In this document: positions 10,655 to 21,104 of the stretch, in pieces
Position numbering within the stretch: the stretch's first letter is position 1
How the letters are laid out: every line of letters begins with the position of its first letter
From: Hyphomicrobiales bacterium
GTDB lineage: Bacteria; Pseudomonadota; Alphaproteobacteria; Rhizobiales; Beijerinckiaceae
NCBI GenBank assembly: GCA_025356415.1
Contig: JANXTB010000111.1
Location: 1 to 62,837, forward strand
Direction of reading: 5' to 3'
Length of the DNA stretch: 62,837 nt
Program-made: the position numbers and the translations under genes
The notes under the pieces: model-generated
Told to the model about the DNA's origin: nothing
The model's input: the letters and a program-made list of their open reading frames with translations, nothing else
Database searches by the model: none

Positions 10655-11272
10655 CTATGCCTCGACCGCGCCAGCGTTTCTCAAATACGCCAGCAATGGA
10701 AGCAATGGCAGACCGAGAATGGTCGAGTGGTCGCCCTCGACTCGTTCGAACAGATGCACGCCCAGCCCTTCGAGCTGGTAACCGCCGACGCTCTTTGTCA
10801 CGGCGTCTCCCGCGGCGGCTAAATAGGCGTCCATAAACGCAGGGCCCAATTTGCGCATCGTGAGATGCGCCGATTCTACATGGGCGAAAAGACGCTGACC
10901 GTTGCGGTAACAAACCACGGCGGAATGCAGGGCATGCGTCCGCCCCGAAAGCTTTTGCAATTGCGCACGCGCTTGGTCGGCGTCATCGGGCTTATGAAAT
11001 TGTTCTGCACCGAGCGCCAGCGTCTGGTCGGCCGCAACAATGAGCCGATCCGGCATTTGACTGCTGACCTGCGCGCCTTTCGCGCTCGCCAATTCTAGCG
11101 CGACAACGTCTGGCGTCATGTTGCGATGTTGCAGGCTCGCCTCGATCGCGCGCTCGTCGACATCCGGCGATTTCGTTTCAACCGGAATCGAGGCCGATCG
11201 CAGCAGATGCAGCCGCGTGACGCTGGTCGATGCGAGGAGAAGTGGCTGATCGAGCTTCCAAAGCGTGCGCAC
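10655..11272 (-). CDS. maf: Maf-family nucleotide pyrophosphatase
   Basis: LLLASTS..R, VDER, AADQ, SVGGYQLEG, ILGLPL. Confidence 0.92.
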   Translation of the reverse strand: MRTLWKLDQPLLLASTSVTRLHLLRSASIPVETKSPDVDERAIEASLQHRNMTPDVVALELASAKGAQVSSQMPDRLIVAADQTLALGAEQFHKPDDADQARAQLQKLSGRTHALHSAVVCYRNGQRLFAHVESAHLTMRKLGPAFMDAYLAAAGDAVTKSVGGYQLEGLGVHLFERVEGDHSTILGLPLLPLLAYLRNAGAVEA

Positions 11273-11275
11273 GTC

Positions 11276-12136
11276 TCAACCCTCGGCGATGAACTTGAGA
11301 CGATGCTCTTTGTATAGATCGATGATCCCGGCCGCTGTTTCTTCGATGGATCGACGCGTCACATCGATCATTGGCCAACCGCGTTCCGCAAAAAGACGCT
11401 TGGAATGCGCGATCTCCGCTGCAACAGCCATGCGATCGACGTAAGGGCTTTCCTGATCGGCGTTGAGAGACAGCAAGCGGTTTTGCCGGATCTGCACAAT
11501 GCGTTCAGGTGAAGCGATCAAGCCGACAATCAGCGGGTGTTTCAGATTTTCGACGAATGGCGGCAGCGCGACGCCCGGCACGAGCGGGATGTTGGCAGTC
11601 TTCACACCGCGATTTGCGAGATAAATGCTTGTTGGCGTCTTGCTGGTCCGGCTCACGCCGAGTAGCAGCACGTCAGCCTGTTCCAGATTTTCCGTCTGCT
11701 GCCCGTCGTCATGCATCATCGTGAAATTGAGCGCGTCGATGCGGCGGAAATATTCCGCATTCAACATGTGCTGCGCGCCCGGTCGCGATGTCTGCGCCGT
11801 GCCGAGATACGATTGAAACATTCCGAAAATCGGCTCCAGAACCGACAGGCAGGGGCTACCGCACTCGCGACATGCATCGACAAGAGCCGCAGAAAGTTCG
11901 CGATCCACAAGTGTGAAGAGAACAATGCCGGGGGCCGACTCGATTTCGGCGATCGCCCGATCCAGCTGCGCGCGCGTCCTGATCAAGGGATAGACGTGTT
12001 CAATGGACGACACGCCCTGGAATTGCGCGGTGACAGCGCGGCTGACCGCGATCAGCGTCTCGCCGGTGGCGTCCGATACGAGATGCAGGTGAAAGTAATT
12101 GCGGCCCAACGCGTCACTCCTGTTCAGGCCCTTCAT
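11276..12136 (-). CDS. Pyruvate phosphate/water dikinase regulatory protein (kinase/pyrophosphorylase)
   Basis: HLHLVSDATGET, HDDG, GVSRTSKTPTSIYLA, IDVTRRSIEETA. Exact start uncertain. Confidence 0.93.
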   Translation of the reverse strand: MKGLNRSDALGRNYFHLHLVSDATGETLIAVSRAVTAQFQGVSSIEHVYPLIRTRAQLDRAIAEIESAPGIVLFTLVDRELSAALVDACRECGSPCLSVLEPIFGMFQSYLGTAQTSRPGAQHMLNAEYFRRIDALNFTMMHDDGQQTENLEQADVLLLGVSRTSKTPTSIYLANRGVKTANIPLVPGVALPPFVENLKHPLIVGLIASPERIVQIRQNRLLSLNADQESPYVDRMAVAAEIAHSKRLFAERGWPMIDVTRRSIEETAAGIIDLYKEHRLKFIAEG

Positions 12137-12517
12137 CCACAGGCTGACAGCGCAGCTGGGGACAGGACCGGATAAGTCGGGGCTTTCAGGCGGGGCCGGC
12201 TTCCAGCCTCCCGCTGACCTCGAATTCCATCAACACTAAAAGCATGGAGGGCTGAAAGACCAGCTTCGATGTGAAGTTCGTGGTTCATGGGGATACAGCA
12301 TCAGACCCGGAGCCGAGCTGAGCCGCTTAGGGGCTGGATTCATTAAGGCTTCGTTAACTTGTCCACAATCCGCCACCGGCCTGTTAATCGCTGGGGATGG
12401 GTGGACAAATGCTTGGGGCATTGTGCATGGTCGCGCGGAACGCTTAATCCCCGCCAATAAGAAAAAGACGAAGATCTTTAAAAGATTCTAAGATCTTTTT
12501 AGAGAACGGACCCCAAA
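12133..12517. other. Chromosomal replication origin oriC
   Basis: Intergenic region upstream of hemE, the usual alphaproteobacterial origin position. DnaA-like boxes TCATCCACA 12133-12141, TTGTCCACA 12359-12367 and GGTGGACAA 12400-12408. TGGGGA at 12157, 12288 and 12392. AT-rich tract 12456-12501. parS/parAB nearby. Confidence 0.85.
12343..12358. promoter_or_regulatory. CtrA-type binding site in oriC
   Basis: TTAA-GGCTTCG-TTAAC is an exact TTAA-N7-TTAAC match. Confidence 0.7.
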
Positions 12518-13558
12518 GTGCCCCACAGCTCCAACCATAAGAAATTCTTGCAAGCGCTCGATGGCGTTGCGACCACCACACCACCCCTCTGGATGATGCG
12601 ACAGGCTGGCAGGTATCTTCCTGAATACCGTGCGATACGCGCCTCAGTCCCGACCTTCCTGGACTTCTGCTATTCGCCGAAACTCGCGACCGAAGCGACC
12701 CTGCAGCCGATCAAGCGCTTCGCTTTCGATGCAGCGATTTTGTTCAGCGACATTCTCGTGGTGCCTGACGCTCTCGGCCAGAAAGTCACTTTCGAGCAGG
12801 GTGAAGGACCGCGTTTGCCGCCCATCACGTCAGCTGAGGACTTGGCGAAATTGAACCCGGAAATCGATTTAGCCAAGCTAGAACCGGTTTTCGAGACCAT
12901 CGAGAGGGTCAAATCGGGGTTGCCAGCGGAAGTGGCTCTGATTGGGTTCTGCGGCGCCCCCTGGACGGTCGCCAGCTACATGATCGCCGGCCGGGGAACA
13001 CCCGATCAAGCTCCCGCCCGATTGTTCGCCTACCGCCATCCAGACCTCTTCCAGAAGCTGATCGATCTGCTGGTCGAGAGTTCGATCTCCTATCTCGAAC
13101 GGCAGTTCATCGCTGGCGTCGAGGCCGTGCAGATTTTCGACTCCTGGGCCGGGGTGCTGCCAGCGCTGGAATTCGAGCGATGGTGCCTGAAGCCGGTCCT
13201 GGCGATCGTGGAGGGCGTCAAGGCGCGGGTGCCTCATGCACGCATCATCGCCTTCCCGAGGGGCGTGGGCAGTCATCTCACAGCCTTTACGGGCCATTCA
13301 GGCATCAATGCGCTGGGTTTGGACACCGCTACGGATCCTGTCTGGGCGGCGGTGCATGTTCAGCCCTTCAAGCCGGTGCAAGGGAATCTCGATCCGCTTG
13401 CCCTGATCGCCGGCAATGACGCGCTTGATCGATCTGTCGACCTGATCAAAGCGGCTTTTACCGGTCGCCCGTATATTTTCAATCTCGGGCACGGGATCCT
13501 GCCTGAGACGCCGATCGCCCATGTCGAACAATTAGTCAGTCGCGTTCGAGGCGTTTGA
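12518..13558 (+). CDS. hemE: Uroporphyrinogen decarboxylase
   Basis: PLWMMRQAGRYLPEY, FSDILV, IGFCGAPWT, IFNLGHG. Confidence 0.97.
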   Translation: MPHSSNHKKFLQALDGVATTTPPLWMMRQAGRYLPEYRAIRASVPTFLDFCYSPKLATEATLQPIKRFAFDAAILFSDILVVPDALGQKVTFEQGEGPRLPPITSAEDLAKLNPEIDLAKLEPVFETIERVKSGLPAEVALIGFCGAPWTVASYMIAGRGTPDQAPARLFAYRHPDLFQKLIDLLVESSISYLERQFIAGVEAVQIFDSWAGVLPALEFERWCLKPVLAIVEGVKARVPHARIIAFPRGVGSHLTAFTGHSGINALGLDTATDPVWAAVHVQPFKPVQGNLDPLALIAGNDALDRSVDLIKAAFTGRPYIFNLGHGILPETPIAHVEQLVSRVRGV

Positions 13559-13560
13559 TC

Positions 13561-13989
13561 ATGGTCTATCTCTGGATCAAGGCGCTGCACATCCTCGCGG
13601 TAATCTCGTGGATGGCCGGGATGCTCTATCTCCCTCGTTTGTTTGTTTACCATGCCGGGGTGGCGCATGGTTCCGAGCAGGGCTCTCTATTCGAAATCAT
13701 GGAATTCCGTCTGCAGCGTTACATCATGGCGCCAGCCATGATCGTCGCCTGGCTCACGGGTCTCTACTTGGCCATGTCGGCAGGCTTCTTTTTAGCGCCA
13801 TGGCTTCATGGAAAGCTGGCGCTGGTGCTCGCGATGACCGGCTTGCATGGCTATTTGAGCTTTCTTCGGAAGAAGTTGGCGTCAGGTCAGAACAAGCACG
13901 ATCCGCGGTTTTTCCGGATTCTTAATGAGGCGCCGACCCTCCTGCTGATTTTTATTGTCGTATTGGTCGTCGTAAAGCCTTTCTCCTGA
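13561..13989 (+). CDS. hemJ: Protoporphyrinogen oxidase HemJ
   Basis: YLWIKALHI..SWMAGMLYLPRLFVYH, RILNEAPT, VVKPF. Start at 13555 (TTG) or 13561. Confidence 0.94.
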   Translation: MVYLWIKALHILAVISWMAGMLYLPRLFVYHAGVAHGSEQGSLFEIMEFRLQRYIMAPAMIVAWLTGLYLAMSAGFFLAPWLHGKLALVLAMTGLHGYLSFLRKKLASGQNKHDPRFFRILNEAPTLLLIFIVVLVVVKPFS

Positions 13990-14201
13990 ACCAATATTTT
14001 GTATCGGCCGAGTTCAAGCTCGAACCGCGGCTCGGTTTTCAAAACTTGATCGGGTTTCGATTCTGGGCTACGGCTGAATTCCTTCCTTCAGACCGTGCGC
14101 CTCATGCGAACGTCACTCACGTTCCGGCCCGCGCTCCCGGTCCCTCCTCCGCCATCCTATAGCCGGCTGTTCAGGCCGCGCGCAGTCTAAGGACGATCCC
14201 C

Positions 14202-15470
14202 ATGCGGGAAATCAAGCTCCAGGACTTGAAACTCAAGTCCCCCACGGAACTCCTCGCTTTTGCCGAAGAGCATGAAGTCGAAAACGCTTCGATCATGCGC
14301 AAGCAGGAGTTGATGTTCGCGATTCTCAAACAGCTCGCGAGCCGCGATATCGAAATCATCGGCGAGGGCGTCGTCGAAGTACTCCTCGACGGCTTCGGCT
14401 TCTTGCGCTCGCCAGACGCCAATTATCTCGCGGGGCCAGACGATATTTACGTTTCACCCTCGCAGATCCGCCGTTTCGGATTAAGGACTGGCGATACGGT
14501 TGAGGGATTGATCCGGAGTCCCAAGGAGGGCGAGCGTTACTTCGCACTTCTCAAGGTCAATACGATCAATTTCGAGGACCCGGAGAAAGTCCGCCACAAA
14601 GTCCATTTCGACAACCTCACGCCGCTTTATCCGGATGAGCGTCTCAAGCTCGAAATCGAAGATCCGACGCGCAAGGATTTTTCATCCCGCGTCATCGATA
14701 TCGTCGCGCCAATCGGCAAGGGTCAGCGCGCGCTGATTGTCGCGCCGCCGCGCACCGGCAAGACGGTCCTCCTTCAGAACATCGCCCAATCCGTCACCGC
14801 GAACCATCCCGAATGCTATCTCATCGTCCTGTTGATCGATGAGCGGCCGGAGGAAGTGACGGACATGCAGCGTTCCGTGAAGGGAGAGGTGGTTTCCTCG
14901 ACTTTCGACGAGCCCGCGGTTCGCCACGTCCAGGTCGCCGAAATGGTCATCGAAAAGGCCAAGCGCCTCGTCGAACATGGCCGTGACGTCGTGATTCTGC
15001 TCGATTCGATTACACGCCTCGGGCGCGCCTACAACACGGTTGTGCCGTCATCGGGCAAGGTGCTCACCGGCGGTGTCGACGCCAATGCTCTGCAACGGCC
15101 CAAGCGCTTCTTCGGCGCCGCCCGCAACATTGAGGAAGGCGGCTCGCTGACCATCATTGCGACAGCGCTCATCGACACGGGCTCGCGCATGGATGAAGTG
15201 ATCTTCGAAGAGTTCAAGGGAACCGGTAACTCGGAAATCATCCTTGACCGCAAGGTGGCCGACAAGCGCACCTTCCCGGCGATCGACATCACCCGTTCTG
15301 GCACCCGCAAGGAAGAGCTCCTTGTGCCGGCCGACATCCTTAAAAAGATGTATGTCCTGCGCCGCATTCTCAATCCGATGGGCACTGTTGACGCGATCGA
15401 GTTCTTGCTCGGAAAATTGCGCGAGACGCCCAAGGGCAATGCGAGCTTCTTCGAATCCATGAATACCTGA
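14202..15470 (+). CDS. rho: Transcription termination factor Rho
   Basis: [36 protein letters not shown]. Confidence 0.98.
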   Translation: MREIKLQDLKLKSPTELLAFAEEHEVENASIMRKQELMFAILKQLASRDIEIIGEGVVEVLLDGFGFLRSPDANYLAGPDDIYVSPSQIRRFGLRTGDTVEGLIRSPKEGERYFALLKVNTINFEDPEKVRHKVHFDNLTPLYPDERLKLEIEDPTRKDFSSRVIDIVAPIGKGQRALIVAPPRTGKTVLLQNIAQSVTANHPECYLIVLLIDERPEEVTDMQRSVKGEVVSSTFDEPAVRHVQVAEMVIEKAKRLVEHGRDVVILLDSITRLGRAYNTVVPSSGKVLTGGVDANALQRPKRFFGAARNIEEGGSLTIIATALIDTGSRMDEVIFEEFKGTGNSEIILDRKVADKRTFPAIDITRSGTRKEELLVPADILKKMYVLRRILNPMGTVDAIEFLLGKLRETPKGNASFFESMNT

Positions 15471-15527
15471 CGCGGTCAGGCCGTCTTCGGACGGCCACCG
15501 CCGGGCGGCACGCCCCGGGGACGGCTC

Positions 15528-16835
15528 ATGCAGGACACGATCTTTGCTCTCGCGACCGGTTCTCTCGCTTGCGCGATCTCTGTCATTCGCGTTTCGGGGC
15601 CGCGCGCCGCGGAGATTGGGAAGCGGTTTTGCTCGGTAGAGCTACGCGCTCGCGAGGCTCGTTATTGCCATGTTCACGATCCTGTCGATCATGAATTGAT
15701 CGATTCCGGACTCGTTCTTTTCTTCGAGGGACCCGCCAGCTTTACCGGCGAGGACAGCCTCGAGTTTCAGCTCCATGGGAGCAGGGCAGTGGTCGCCCGC
15801 ATGCTTCAGGCTCTACAACGAGAGCCGGGCGTCCGGATTGCTCAACCCGGAGAGTTCATCCGCCGCGCTTTTGATAATGGCAAGCTTGCGCTGACCTCGG
15901 TGGAGGGCGTTGCCGATCTCATCGACGCCAAGACCGATCTCCAGCGCAAACAAGCCCTGGCGCAGGCGGCAGGGGGACTTGCGGTGAAAGCGATCGAATG
16001 GCGAGAGAAACTGCTAGACGGTCTTTCGCTGGTGACGGCTGAAATTGACTTCGCCGACGAAGGCGAAGCGCCGACGCAGGTACTCTCATCAGTGAAAGGC
16101 ATCGCTGGCGGTTTGTTGGCTGAGTTCCGTGAGGCTCTTTCGGCCGCCTCCCGTGGCGAGTTGGTCCGGAATGGATTCCGGGTCGTCCTGTGCGGTCCGC
16201 CAAATGTTGGCAAGTCCACGCTGATGAACGCGTTGGCCCAGCGCGATCTTGCGATTGTCACGGAGCACGCGGGAACGACGCGGGACGTTATAGAAGTCGA
16301 GCTTGACCTCGGCGGGTTTCCCATTATTCTCTCGGACACCGCCGGGTTGCGCGAGACCACGGATGCTGTCGAGGCGATCGGGGTTCAGCGGTCGCGACTG
16401 GCCATGGAGACAGCTGATCTCGTTCTCTGGCTTTGTGAAGCTTCTGCTGGCAGTCCGGGTGTTGAACTGCCCCACGAACGGGTCCTAGTCGTCGCCACCA
16501 AGACTGATCAAGCCGACCGCCTCCCGGATTGGGCTGACGTCGCTATTTCGGCAAGGGATGGAAGTGGGTTGAGCCGGCTGATCGAAGGGATTGCCGGGAT
16601 CGGGTCCAAGGCGCTGGCTGGCGAATCCCCTTTGGTCACAAACGCCCGGCAGCGCGCCTGCGTCGAGGCTGCGGCTCGACACGTCGACAGACTCATGGCA
16701 GATGACGTCTCGGCGTTAGAGTTTGTAGCAGACGACTTGCTGCGGTGCGCAGACGCCTTGCAGGAACTCGTTGGACGGATCGGCGCGGAAGACGTGCTCG
16801 GGACAATCTTCACCCGGTTCTGCATGGGAAAGTGA
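15528..16835 (+). CDS. mnmE: tRNA modification GTPase MnmE
   Basis: [32 protein letters not shown]-terminal FCMGK. Confidence 0.96.
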   Translation: MQDTIFALATGSLACAISVIRVSGPRAAEIGKRFCSVELRAREARYCHVHDPVDHELIDSGLVLFFEGPASFTGEDSLEFQLHGSRAVVARMLQALQREPGVRIAQPGEFIRRAFDNGKLALTSVEGVADLIDAKTDLQRKQALAQAAGGLAVKAIEWREKLLDGLSLVTAEIDFADEGEAPTQVLSSVKGIAGGLLAEFREALSAASRGELVRNGFRVVLCGPPNVGKSTLMNALAQRDLAIVTEHAGTTRDVIEVELDLGGFPIILSDTAGLRETTDAVEAIGVQRSRLAMETADLVLWLCEASAGSPGVELPHERVLVVATKTDQADRLPDWADVAISARDGSGLSRLIEGIAGIGSKALAGESPLVTNARQRACVEAAARHVDRLMADDVSALEFVADDLLRCADALQELVGRIGAEDVLGTIFTRFCMGK

Positions 16836-16841
16836 TCGGAC

Positions 16842-16857
16842 TGTTTCACGTGAAACA
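16842..16857. promoter_or_regulatory. parS centromere site 1
   Basis: Perfect TGTTTCACGTGAAACA palindrome between mnmE and mnmG. Confidence 0.93.
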
Positions 16858-16894
16858 CGTCGATTCGGACTCGATCCAATTTAGGTGTTCGCGA

Positions 16895-18769
16895 ATGTCG
16901 TCGACGTTTGACGTTATAGTAATTGGCGGGGGTCACGCGGGCTGCGAAGCTGCGGCTGCCAGCGCCCGACTTGGGGCGCGCACAGCCCTGCTCACTCAAA
17001 AGCGCGAAACTATCGGGGTCATGTCCTGCAATCCTGCAATTGGCGGATTGGGGAAAGGTCATCTGGTTCGTGAAATCGACGCGATGGATGGCCTTATGGG
17101 CCGCATAGCCGACGCGGCGGGCATCCAGTTTCGGATGCTGAACCGCTCCAAAGGGGCTGCGGTGCGTGGACCCCGCGCGCAGGCCGACCGCGCTCTATAC
17201 CGAGAGGCAATGCAACGCGAGCTTTCCGATTATCCGAACCTGGTCATCGTGGAAGGCGAGGCCGTTGAGATCTTGGTCGCCGACGGCCGTGTTATCGGGC
17301 TTGAGACGTCGGCCGGCCGCCTGAGTTGCGGGTCGATTGTCCTTACCACGGGGACCTTTCTGCGCGGAATGATCCATATCGGCGAACATCGTATACCGGC
17401 AGGCCGATTCGGGGACGAACCGAGCAACCGGCTTAGTACGAGCCTCCTTTCCGTTGGGTTCAAGTTGGGACGCCTCAAGACCGGGACGCCCGCTCGATTG
17501 GATGGCCGCACCATTGATTGGTCAGTGCTCGAGAAGCAGGCTGGCGATTCGGTGCCGGAACCATTCTCGTATTTGACCGGCGAGATCAGCCGCCGCCAGG
17601 TTGATTGTCATATTACGCGGACGACCCTCGAGGGCCACCAGATTATCCGCGATAACCTTCACCGCGCCGCCATTCATTCTGGCGCCATCACGGGAAGGGG
17701 GCCGCGCTATTGCCCGTCTATCGAGGACAAGATCGCTCGTTTCGCGGACCGCGAAAGCCATCAGGTTTTCCTTGAGCCTGAAGGATTGAACGACCCGACC
17801 GTTTATCCGAACGGGATTTCATCGTCGCTTCCGACAGAAGTGCAGGCGGCCTTCATCCGTACCATGCCGGGGCTCGAGAATGTCGAGATCCTCCGGACCG
17901 GTTATGCAATCGAATATGACTTCGTTGACCCCCGGGAGCTCTGGCCGACCTTGGAAACAAAGCGGGTCGCAGGACTTTACCTGGCCGGCCAAATCAACGG
18001 AAGCACGGGTTATGAAGAGGCGGCTGCCCAGGGTCTTGTCGCGGGGCTGAACGCGAGCCTGTCCGCGTCCGGCGCGCCTCCGGTTACGTTCAAACGCGAA
18101 GAATCTTACATCGGTGTCATGGTCGATGATCTCGTCACGCGCGGCGTCAGTGAACCCTATCGGATGTTCACCTCGCGAGCCGAATACCGCTTGAGCCTTC
18201 GCGCCGATAATGCAGATCAGAGGCTCACGCCGATCGGGATCAAGATCGGCTGCGTCAGCGAAAAGCGGCGAGCGGCTTTTGTTGCGAAACTTGATCGTTT
18301 GAACCGGGCCCGGGATCTCCTGACTTCCGTGGTCACGACACCTCAAGAGGCTGCGGTTCTGGGCATTCATGTGAACCGTGACGGGGTACGACGCAGCGCC
18401 TATAATCTCCTTTCTTATCCTGATGCGTCGATCCAAGCTCTTTCGGTAGCGTGGCCCGCGCTCGCCGCAATCGATTCGGAAGCGGTCAAGCAACTTGAGA
18501 TAGAAGCCAAATACGCGGTCTATCTTGAGCGCCAAGCTTCCGACATCGCTGCGTCGCGCAGAGATGAGGAGATCGCGATCCCTGCGGACTTCGACTATGC
18601 TCGCGTTGAGGGCCTCTCAAACGAGATCCGCTCGCGCCTTGGCGACGTTCGTCCGCTCACTTTAGGCCAGGCGTCGCGTGTCGAGGGCGTGACTCCAGTT
18701 GCGGTTACGCTCCTGGCGGTTGCCCTTCGTCGCGCCAGCCGATCATCGAACGTTGCGGCTTTGGCATGA
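16895..18769 (+). CDS. mnmG: tRNA uridine modification enzyme MnmG (GidA)
   Basis: Start at ATG 16895 ([16 protein letters not shown]). [32 protein letters not shown]. Confidence 0.97.
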   Translation: MSSTFDVIVIGGGHAGCEAAAASARLGARTALLTQKRETIGVMSCNPAIGGLGKGHLVREIDAMDGLMGRIADAAGIQFRMLNRSKGAAVRGPRAQADRALYREAMQRELSDYPNLVIVEGEAVEILVADGRVIGLETSAGRLSCGSIVLTTGTFLRGMIHIGEHRIPAGRFGDEPSNRLSTSLLSVGFKLGRLKTGTPARLDGRTIDWSVLEKQAGDSVPEPFSYLTGEISRRQVDCHITRTTLEGHQIIRDNLHRAAIHSGAITGRGPRYCPSIEDKIARFADRESHQVFLEPEGLNDPTVYPNGISSSLPTEVQAAFIRTMPGLENVEILRTGYAIEYDFVDPRELWPTLETKRVAGLYLAGQINGSTGYEEAAAQGLVAGLNASLSASGAPPVTFKREESYIGVMVDDLVTRGVSEPYRMFTSRAEYRLSLRADNADQRLTPIGIKIGCVSEKRRAAFVAKLDRLNRARDLLTSVVTTPQEAAVLGIHVNRDGVRRSAYNLLSYPDASIQALSVAWPALAAIDSEAVKQLEIEAKYAVYLERQASDIAASRRDEEIAIPADFDYARVEGLSNEIRSRLGDVRPLTLGQASRVEGVTPVAVTLLAVALRRASRSSNVAALA

Positions 18770-19413
18770 ACGTCGTTTCAGAGCGCTTGATCGCCGAGCT
18801 CGGGCTGAAGGATGACGACATCTCCCGTCTTCGCCTCTTCGAGGACCTCGTTAGGCGTTGGTCCAACGTAAAAAATCTCGTGTCCCACCAGTCCCTGAGC
18901 GAACTCTGGATACGCCACATACTCGATTCGGCTCAGGTCCAACGTGCCTTGCCAGATGCAAATGTCTGGGCTGACTTGGGCTCAGGCGGCGGCTTTCCGG
19001 GGATTGTGACAGCGATATTATTGGCGGGTAGACCCAACGCTTTGGTGCACCTGGTCGAGTCGGACAATCGAAAGTGCGCATTCCTGCGGGCTGTTTCACG
19101 TGAAACAGGCGTGAAGACGGTTGTTCACCATGGGCGAATCGAGGCCGTCGTGCCCAAGCTCAAGGGGATCGAGGGTGTGAGCGCCCGCGCTTTGGCTGAC
19201 CTTGACCAATTGGTCGCTTGGGCTGAGCCCCTGCTGCTGCGCGGCGCAGTTGGCGTCTTTCCAAAGGGGAGAACCGTCCAGAATGAATTGACCCGACTCT
19301 CCACGGACAGTAGGTTCAACATCAACCTTCGCCCCAGCATCAGTCAGCCGGACAGCGTCATCGCGCTGGTCCGGAGCGAATCTCCGATGGAGCAAATCCG
19401 TGAAAAGCCATGA
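18766..19413 (+). CDS. rsmG: 16S rRNA m7G527 methyltransferase (GidB)
   Basis: [24 protein letters not shown]. Confidence 0.94.
   Translation: MNVVSERLIAELGLKDDDISRLRLFEDLVRRWSNVKNLVSHQSLSELWIRHILDSAQVQRALPDANVWADLGSGGGFPGIVTAILLAGRPNALVHLVESDNRKCAFLRAVSRETGVKTVVHHGRIEAVVPKLKGIEGVSARALADLDQLVAWAEPLLLRGAVGVFPKGRTVQNELTRLSTDSRFNINLRPSISQPDSVIALVRSESPMEQIREKP
19092..19107. promoter_or_regulatory. parS centromere site 2 (inside rsmG)
   Basis: Perfect TGTTTCACGTGAAACA; the palindrome extends to 18 bp (19091-19108). Confidence 0.9.
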
Positions 19414-20206
19414 CATGCGGGTTTTGGTCCTCGCCAATCAAAAGGGCGGCGTCGGGAAGACGACCACGACGATCAACCTCGGGACAGCGCTTGCAGCCAT
19501 CGGCGAAAAGGTTCTGATCATAGATCTGGACCCGCAGGGCAATGCGTCTACCGGCTTGGGGATCGATCGAAAAAGCCGGACGACATCGACATACGACGTG
19601 ATGATTGGTGAGAGCAGTCTGGCTTCTGTCATTCAACCCACAGCCGTTCCTCGCCTTTGGTTGGCCCCGTCGACGCTTGATCTGCTTGGTGTTGAACTCG
19701 AAATTGCCGGCGACAAGGACCGGGCCTTCAAAATGCGCACCGCGATTCGTGAGTTGGCGAGCGCTGACGAATCGGATCCGTTTACGTATGTGCTTCTAGA
19801 CTGCCCGCCCTCATTGAACCTGCTGACGATCAACGCCATGTCGGCTGCCGATTCGGTTCTTGTACCTTTGCAATGCGAGTTCTTTGCGCTCGAGGGATTG
19901 TCGCAGCTTCTGTCGACGGTTGAGCAGGTGCGCACGTCTCTCAATCCAAACCTGACGATCCACGGCGTCGTGCTGACCATGTTCGACCCCCGAAACAATC
20001 TTGCGACCCAAGTCGTCGCGGACGTGCGGCAGTTCATGGGCGAGAAGGTTTACGACACTGTCATTCCGAGGAACGTGCGCGTCTCGGAGGCGCCATCTCA
20101 TGGCAAGCCAGTGCTTCTCTACGATCTGAAATGTACCGGAAGCCAAGCCTACCTAAAGCTGGCTTCAGAGGTCATCCAGCGCGAACGTCGCCTACGCGCA
20201 GCTTAA
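19400..20206 (+). CDS. parA: Chromosome partitioning ATPase ParA
   Basis: ANQKGGVGKTT, DLDPQGN, DCPPSL, IPRNVRVSEAPSHG. Start at 19400 (GTG) or 19415. Confidence 0.96.
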   Translation: MKSHDMRVLVLANQKGGVGKTTTTINLGTALAAIGEKVLIIDLDPQGNASTGLGIDRKSRTTSTYDVMIGESSLASVIQPTAVPRLWLAPSTLDLLGVELEIAGDKDRAFKMRTAIRELASADESDPFTYVLLDCPPSLNLLTINAMSAADSVLVPLQCEFFALEGLSQLLSTVEQVRTSLNPNLTIHGVVLTMFDPRNNLATQVVADVRQFMGEKVYDTVIPRNVRVSEAPSHGKPVLLYDLKCTGSQAYLKLASEVIQRERRLRAA

Positions 20207-20219
20207 TTCTCCGAAAGGT

Positions 20220-21104
20220 ATGGGTATGGCAGAAGAAATCCGTCCTCGCCTTGGTCGAGGCCTTGCGGCGCTGATCGGCGATTCGGCTCCGGAACCAGCT
20301 GTTCGCGCTCAAGCCGCAGGGCAGAAGCGCATTCCTATCGAATTTATCCGGCCCAACCCCCGCAATCCTCGTCGTTCCTTCAACGACGAGCATCTTGCTG
20401 AACTGGCCGAGTCGATCCGTGAGAAGGGCGTCATTCAGCCCATCATCGTCCGCAGCATCGGCCGGACGGCCGACGCCTACGAGATCATCGCCGGCGAACG
20501 CCGCTGGCGCGCCGCTCAGAAAGCCGGCATCCACGATGTGCCGGTCGTCATCGTGGAAGCCGATGACAAGCAGGCGCTCGAAATCGCCATTATCGAAAAC
20601 GTTCAGCGTAGCGATCTGAACGCCATTGAAGAAGCGTTGGGCTACGAACAGCTTGCGTCGGAGTACAGCTACTCTCAGTCCGATCTTGCCAGGATCATTG
20701 GAAAGAGCCGAAGCCACATTGCCAATACGCTTCGCTTGCTCAAACTGCCAGCGCCTGTCCACGATCTGGTCAAGGAAGGCTCCATCTCTGCGGGGCATGC
20801 GCGCGCCCTCTTGGCCGTCGACGATCCCGAGGCCGTGGCAAAAAGAATTTTGGCCAACGGTCTGACAGTGCGCGACGTGGAAAACCTGTCCTCGGAACGT
20901 CAGCGCACGTCCTCTGGCAAAGGTCCTCTCGAGGTGAAATCGCGTCCCTTGAAAGATGCAGACACACGCGCGCTGGAAAAAGTTTTGACCGACGTTTTGG
21001 GCATGAATGTCGAGATCAACCATTCAGGCGAGACGGGCTCGGTCGTAATTCGCTACGCCTCTTTGGAGCAGCTTGACGCACTCTGCCACCGTCTCAAGTC
21101 CTAG
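20220..21104 (+). CDS. parB: Chromosome partitioning protein ParB
   Basis: LGRGLAAL, GERRWRA, IENVQRSDL, GKSRSHIANTLRL. Confidence 0.96.
   Translation: MGMAEEIRPRLGRGLAALIGDSAPEPAVRAQAAGQKRIPIEFIRPNPRNPRRSFNDEHLAELAESIREKGVIQPIIVRSIGRTADAYEIIAGERRWRAAQKAGIHDVPVVIVEADDKQALEIAIIENVQRSDLNAIEEALGYEQLASEYSYSQSDLARIIGKSRSHIANTLRLLKLPAPVHDLVKEGSISAGHARALLAVDDPEAVAKRILANGLTVRDVENLSSERQRTSSGKGPLEVKSRPLKDADTRALEKVLTDVLGMNVEINHSGETGSVVIRYASLEQLDALCHRLKS

Noticed and set aside
12236-12457. 73-aa ORF within the origin region
   Set aside because: No motif or RBS; it overlaps DnaA/CtrA elements and is likely spurious.
16745-16894. 50-aa N-terminal extension of MnmG in the ORF track
   Set aside because: It overlaps mnmE and the parS site; homology begins at ATG 16895.
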